Assembly (NCBI GenBank): GCA_004764695.1
Contig: SMSO01000014.1
Coordinates: 5,342,845-5,406,844, forward strand
Reading direction: 5' to 3'
Length of the DNA: 64,000 nucleotides
From: Schizochytrium sp. TIO01
Lineage: Eukaryota; Protista; Bigyra: Labyrinthulomycetes
The translations under genes were made by a program, and so were the position numbers. The notes under the pieces are model-generated. The model saw nothing but the letters and a program-made list of their open reading frames with translations, did not search any database and was not told the origin of the DNA. This document shows, piece after piece, positions 59,950 to 64,000 of this stretch (position 1 is the first letter of the stretch; every line of letters starts with the position of its first letter).

Positions 59950-61649
59950 TAAGATCAAGGGCGGAAAATGCCCCACGTTCGCGTGAAACTCGAACTATCT
60001 CTTGTCTGCTAACTCTACTCGCGCCCTTCGTCTCTGGGTCAGAATGAGTCTACGTACACGATGCGTTGCTGCACGGTGATCTTCAGAACTTTCGTAGGTG
60101 CTTCCCCGTCCGTACCACCAGTTAGTTTGTTCTTGCGGCGGCCACGCGCCAATCTACATCGACTCCGCCAACAAACGCACACCCGGTGCCTCGTGCTGAG
60201 CCTGCTCCTCGCGCGAGGAGGCGCGAGATCTTCGCAGCGTGACAGCTGACAGCCTCTGCGGCCGATCATCACGCTTGCTGGCGCAGGGATCCAGGCGGTC
60301 TTGGCTACAGCATTGACTATAGCATCTGCGGTGGCACGAGTGGCGAGATCTTCGTTAGACTGAGTTATGCTGGAATTGGTGTTATCAGTCAGTATTTGAC
60401 TCTTATCGCCCAGCCACATTACATGCGCGAGTCCGAGCTCACGGAGCTGATGAGCTGCTTGGAGACCTGCAGGCAACGAACTGTTTGCAACAGACTGCTC
60501 GTGCGTTGGTCAAGACAGGCTGAAATGTGTGGCGCGAGTTGAGGGCTTGCTCGCACCTCTATATTTGTAAACCTGAATCCAGCATGGAGAATCCTGGAAA
60601 TGTGACTTGATCGACCTCATTAAGATACGTTTGAGTGATTACAAGCTCAATTGGAGCGCCGACGAGCTTGACAAAGCAGAAGAGCTTCAAGGATGGTGCG
60701 GCCAGAAGCCCAGCGTAAAATATAAAGACGTTGAAGCCCTGATGGTCTTCGCGTTGGACCAGGACTTTGCTGAGAATCGCCTCGAAGCAATTCAGGTCAA
60801 GCTCTGGAAAGGACTGCACAACCCAGAGCGATTAGGTACTGCCTCGGTGAGTTTGTTGAAGAGCAATTTTTGACAAGGAAACGTAACAGTGCCTACCACC
60901 AGGCATTTGTTTCGGAAGTTCAAAGAGCCAAATGCAGATAGTTTTGTCCCTGATTTCGTTTTGGCATCATGCTAATCTTCAGCTCGCCGCGTGTTGAACA
61001 CCACGAGCTTTCCAACATAAGGGCGTATTTGCATCTTTTCAAGCATTGACCGTCCCAACAAAAGTAAGATCCCTCCAAAACATGATCTACAGCAAGATTT
61101 TTCAAGAGAAGACCAAATTTGCCACGGCTTTCGAAACGAGTTCCTCAGCATTCTGCCCATAGTGACAATAGCAAGTACGGTACACACTCAACACAGTTAC
61201 TTTCCAATAAATAATACCCGCGAGGAGGCTGCTGGGTTGGTGTCGTACGATCGGTTGGTTTGAAAAGAGATCCAGAGAGGAGACCTTTGCCAGGATTTGT
61301 GTCATCTCTTAACCTAACAGTTGATCGATAGTTTTAGAAAAAAAAATTGATTTTTTTTTAAATATGTTATCTTTTCACCTATTTCTTTACTGTTTCTTTC
61401 GAAAGCTCAAGTTATTCTCCCGTAATTCAAAAAGGTAAAAAACATTTACTTTTCTTATCTTCTTGTTTACAAAATAAATACATTTTAATTTAAAAAAAAT
61501 GAAAATCACAAGAGTCCACCTTTTTCCTTTGTTCTTCTCTTTCATTTCCTCCATACTACCTTCAAATGGAAATGGCACCTTCCTCTACTTTAGCTAGAGC
61601 ATTAGTATCGTGTTATTGTATTTTTTAAATAAAAGGATGGACCATCGGC

Positions 61650-61835
<186 letters not shown>

Positions 61836-62053
61836 CTAGATGGATCTAAGGAGCTGAGGTCACTCGCAAAGGCCTTCCTTGAGGCAGTATGTGTCAGGTC
61901 TTTGGTGAACTTGGCTCAGCGTGTTCAGAAGGACTGTGGGCGCGTGTGGCGCTGACCAGTTTTCAAGGAGCACTCTGAATGGAAACGCCTGTCCACGGAG
62001 CAGAGATCTCGCTTGCCTCCAGCGGAGAAGACTCTAGCTAGAGACGCCTGCGC

Positions 62054-62145
62054 AGAGCAGCAGAGCAGAGCAGAGCAGAGCAGAGCATGACATGTAATGG
62101 CATAGCAAGGCATGGCATGGCATAGCATGGCGTGGCGCGGCATGG
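62054..62145. repeat. Adjacent pentanucleotide repeats (CAGAG)n and (CATGG/CATAG)n
   Basis: Direct observation. Confidence 0.85.
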
Positions 62146-62512
62146 ACGACTGCGAAGGTGTATCTAGATCTTGGATTTGTGTCTAGATCTCTTGAATTTG
62201 CAGAGCATGTACGGGCGAATGCGTGACGTTTCATTCCTCAAGCATGAACTTGACTATTCACAGAGCTCAGGCCAAAGACCACACACATACACGGCGCCCG
62301 CCTCCTCAAAGGTCGCTCGCCTCTTCGCACGAGCTCGTGAAATGAAGCAGCGCAACGACCGTCTGGTAGCTAGCTTGTTAGCTAGCGATGGCGAACTTGC
62401 TCTGGGTGGCCTCGCTACGCCAAGAAGGCCGGTCAACGCCAAGCTATCCTCTCCACATCTGACGGAGCCGCCGACGCCTCCGGAGTCGATCTCGAGCCTT
62501 CGTGCCTAGCAG

Positions 62513-62553
62513 AGTGGCAGCCAAAGTGGCAGCCAAAGTGGCAGCCAAAGTGG
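62513..62553. repeat. 12-bp tandem repeat (AGTGGCAGCCAA)x3
   Basis: Direct observation. Confidence 0.9.
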
Positions 62554-64000
62554 ACTGGATGGACTCGGGTTCGACACCTGCTCGTAGGGTGCAAGCGCAT
62601 TCAGACCAAAGAGCCCGCGAAGAGCAAGCAGCTCTGACACTTGATGCTCGGACGAACCTCAAGGTTGGCCTTTGCTGTGGCTCAGTTCGCTCGGGATTCC
62701 ACGCCCAACTTGGAGCCACAAAAATCGCTGTTCGTCAGAGCAATCCATCCTCCTTCAGAGAGACAGCGAGCGGCGAGACCGACTCAGATCCCAGGCTTCC
62801 TGGCCCCGCTCCCGCGGCACAGGCGGCGATGCGAGTGAAGACAGTCTGCATGCATGCACGCCGCCTCGCCTGCGTGAGGGCCGACCCCGGCGCAGCTCGA
62901 GGCCCTCGAGCATGCGCGAGCGGCGATCGATCATCGAGACCCACCTCGAAATAAATCGAATCGAATTTGAACGAACGGATAGACCTTTCCTTCTGCAGCT
63001 CTGCATGGTCCTCTCCACTCACTCGCTCGCTCGCTCGCTCGCTCTGCCACTGCCGCGCCCGGCCAGTAGCTCGCACGGAGACGCCTTCTCCAGGGCGCCC
63101 TCCGCAGCACCGCCCACGCGACGGCCGTGGCAGTCTCGATGCGACGGTGGTGGTGATAGCTGTATGGGATCGATTGCACAGCGGTTCTTCGATTGCACAG
63201 CGGTTCCATGGATCCATCTGAAAGCAAGGCACGCCAAGCGGAGCGATAAGAGTTACATAATCACCAATAGGGACCCTCTGGATAGGTCCCTAGCTGGCTA
63301 AAAGTGCTGAGGAAGAGGAGGGAAGTTTACTGTTATAGTATTGGGTAGATGGTGCTAGCGGTGCGAGGGAGCGAGCTGCGTTCTTTGTGTTCTGTTCTGC
63401 GGTGGGCGTTCAGCTCCTAGCCGGGCATAGGAGTGGCTAGGGCTTCGAGAGGAGTGAATTGCAAACAAAGAAAGAAACAAAGAAACAAAGAAAGAAACAA
63501 AGAAGAGAGAAACAATCAAACTCATTCGAGGCTGAGTCGAAGTTGAGAGTTGATGACTCCAATCAAGAACGGGGCGCCCATGCTCGAAGAAGGAGGCGTC
63601 GAGGCCTCGGAGCAAGCAAGGTGGCTTGATCAGAGCAGAGCAGCGCAGCGCAGCGCCTGTGATCACTTCACTGTTTGTTGGTTTCTTTTCCAAGTGGACC
63701 AAGAGGAAGTGAGTGATTGATTAATTGATTGATTGATTCATCGATTGATTGACCAATTGACTAACTAATTGATCATAGGCACGCACTAGGAGGTCGCTAG
63801 GTGATGCCTACGCGCTTCATTCATTGAAGGAAGTGCACGGGTGCCGGCGGAGGGGACACGCCTGAAGCGACCCCAAGACTTGGGCGCAGAGTTTGCTTCA
63901 CTTGTGAAGCGCGTGCAAAGGGCGGTTTCTGTGCTGGCAAGTGAAGTATAGGCGGGCCGCAAGTGAAGTATAGCGCGGCATAAGGCGGGTATTCACGATT

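Noticed and set aside
62171-63301. Cluster of overlapping 100-200-aa ORFs
   Set aside because: Expected in GC-rich repeat-laden DNA. There are no domains, and frames are open on both strands.

Overview
Eukaryotic nuclear DNA from a compact, intron-poor protist genome. Gene style, GT-AG introns, microsatellite-rich promoters and a stramenopile-type gene set suggest a labyrinthulomycete/thraustochytrid such as Aurantiochytrium or Schizochytrium (inference). The first 37 kb is gene-dense: proteasome ATPase Rpt5, an EF-hand-fused MFS transporter, a tandem-PstS/class C GPCR fusion, eIF4A-III, an AT-hook/BED-finger/KDPG-aldolase fusion, an SLC8 Na+/Ca2+ exchanger (1-nt frameshift), a 5-exon mitochondrial cyclophilin, a probable DASH subunit, and a PDZ-ankyrin-pseudophosphatase gene (1-nt frameshift plus an intron). 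The last 27 kb is gene-poor, with two tandem YSL/OPT transporters sharing an apparent gene-conversion tract, a probable decayed Tc1/mariner relic, AT-rich islands and a long (GATA)n array. The two strongest novelty candidates are (1) a putative phosphate-sensing GPCR with bacterial-type PstS domains in place of the Venus-flytrap module, and (2) a putative metabolite-sensing transcription factor made of a BED finger fused to an Entner-Doudoroff aldolase. I recognised no rRNA, tRNA or CRISPR. All family assignments come from motif recognition by eye, not from database searches.
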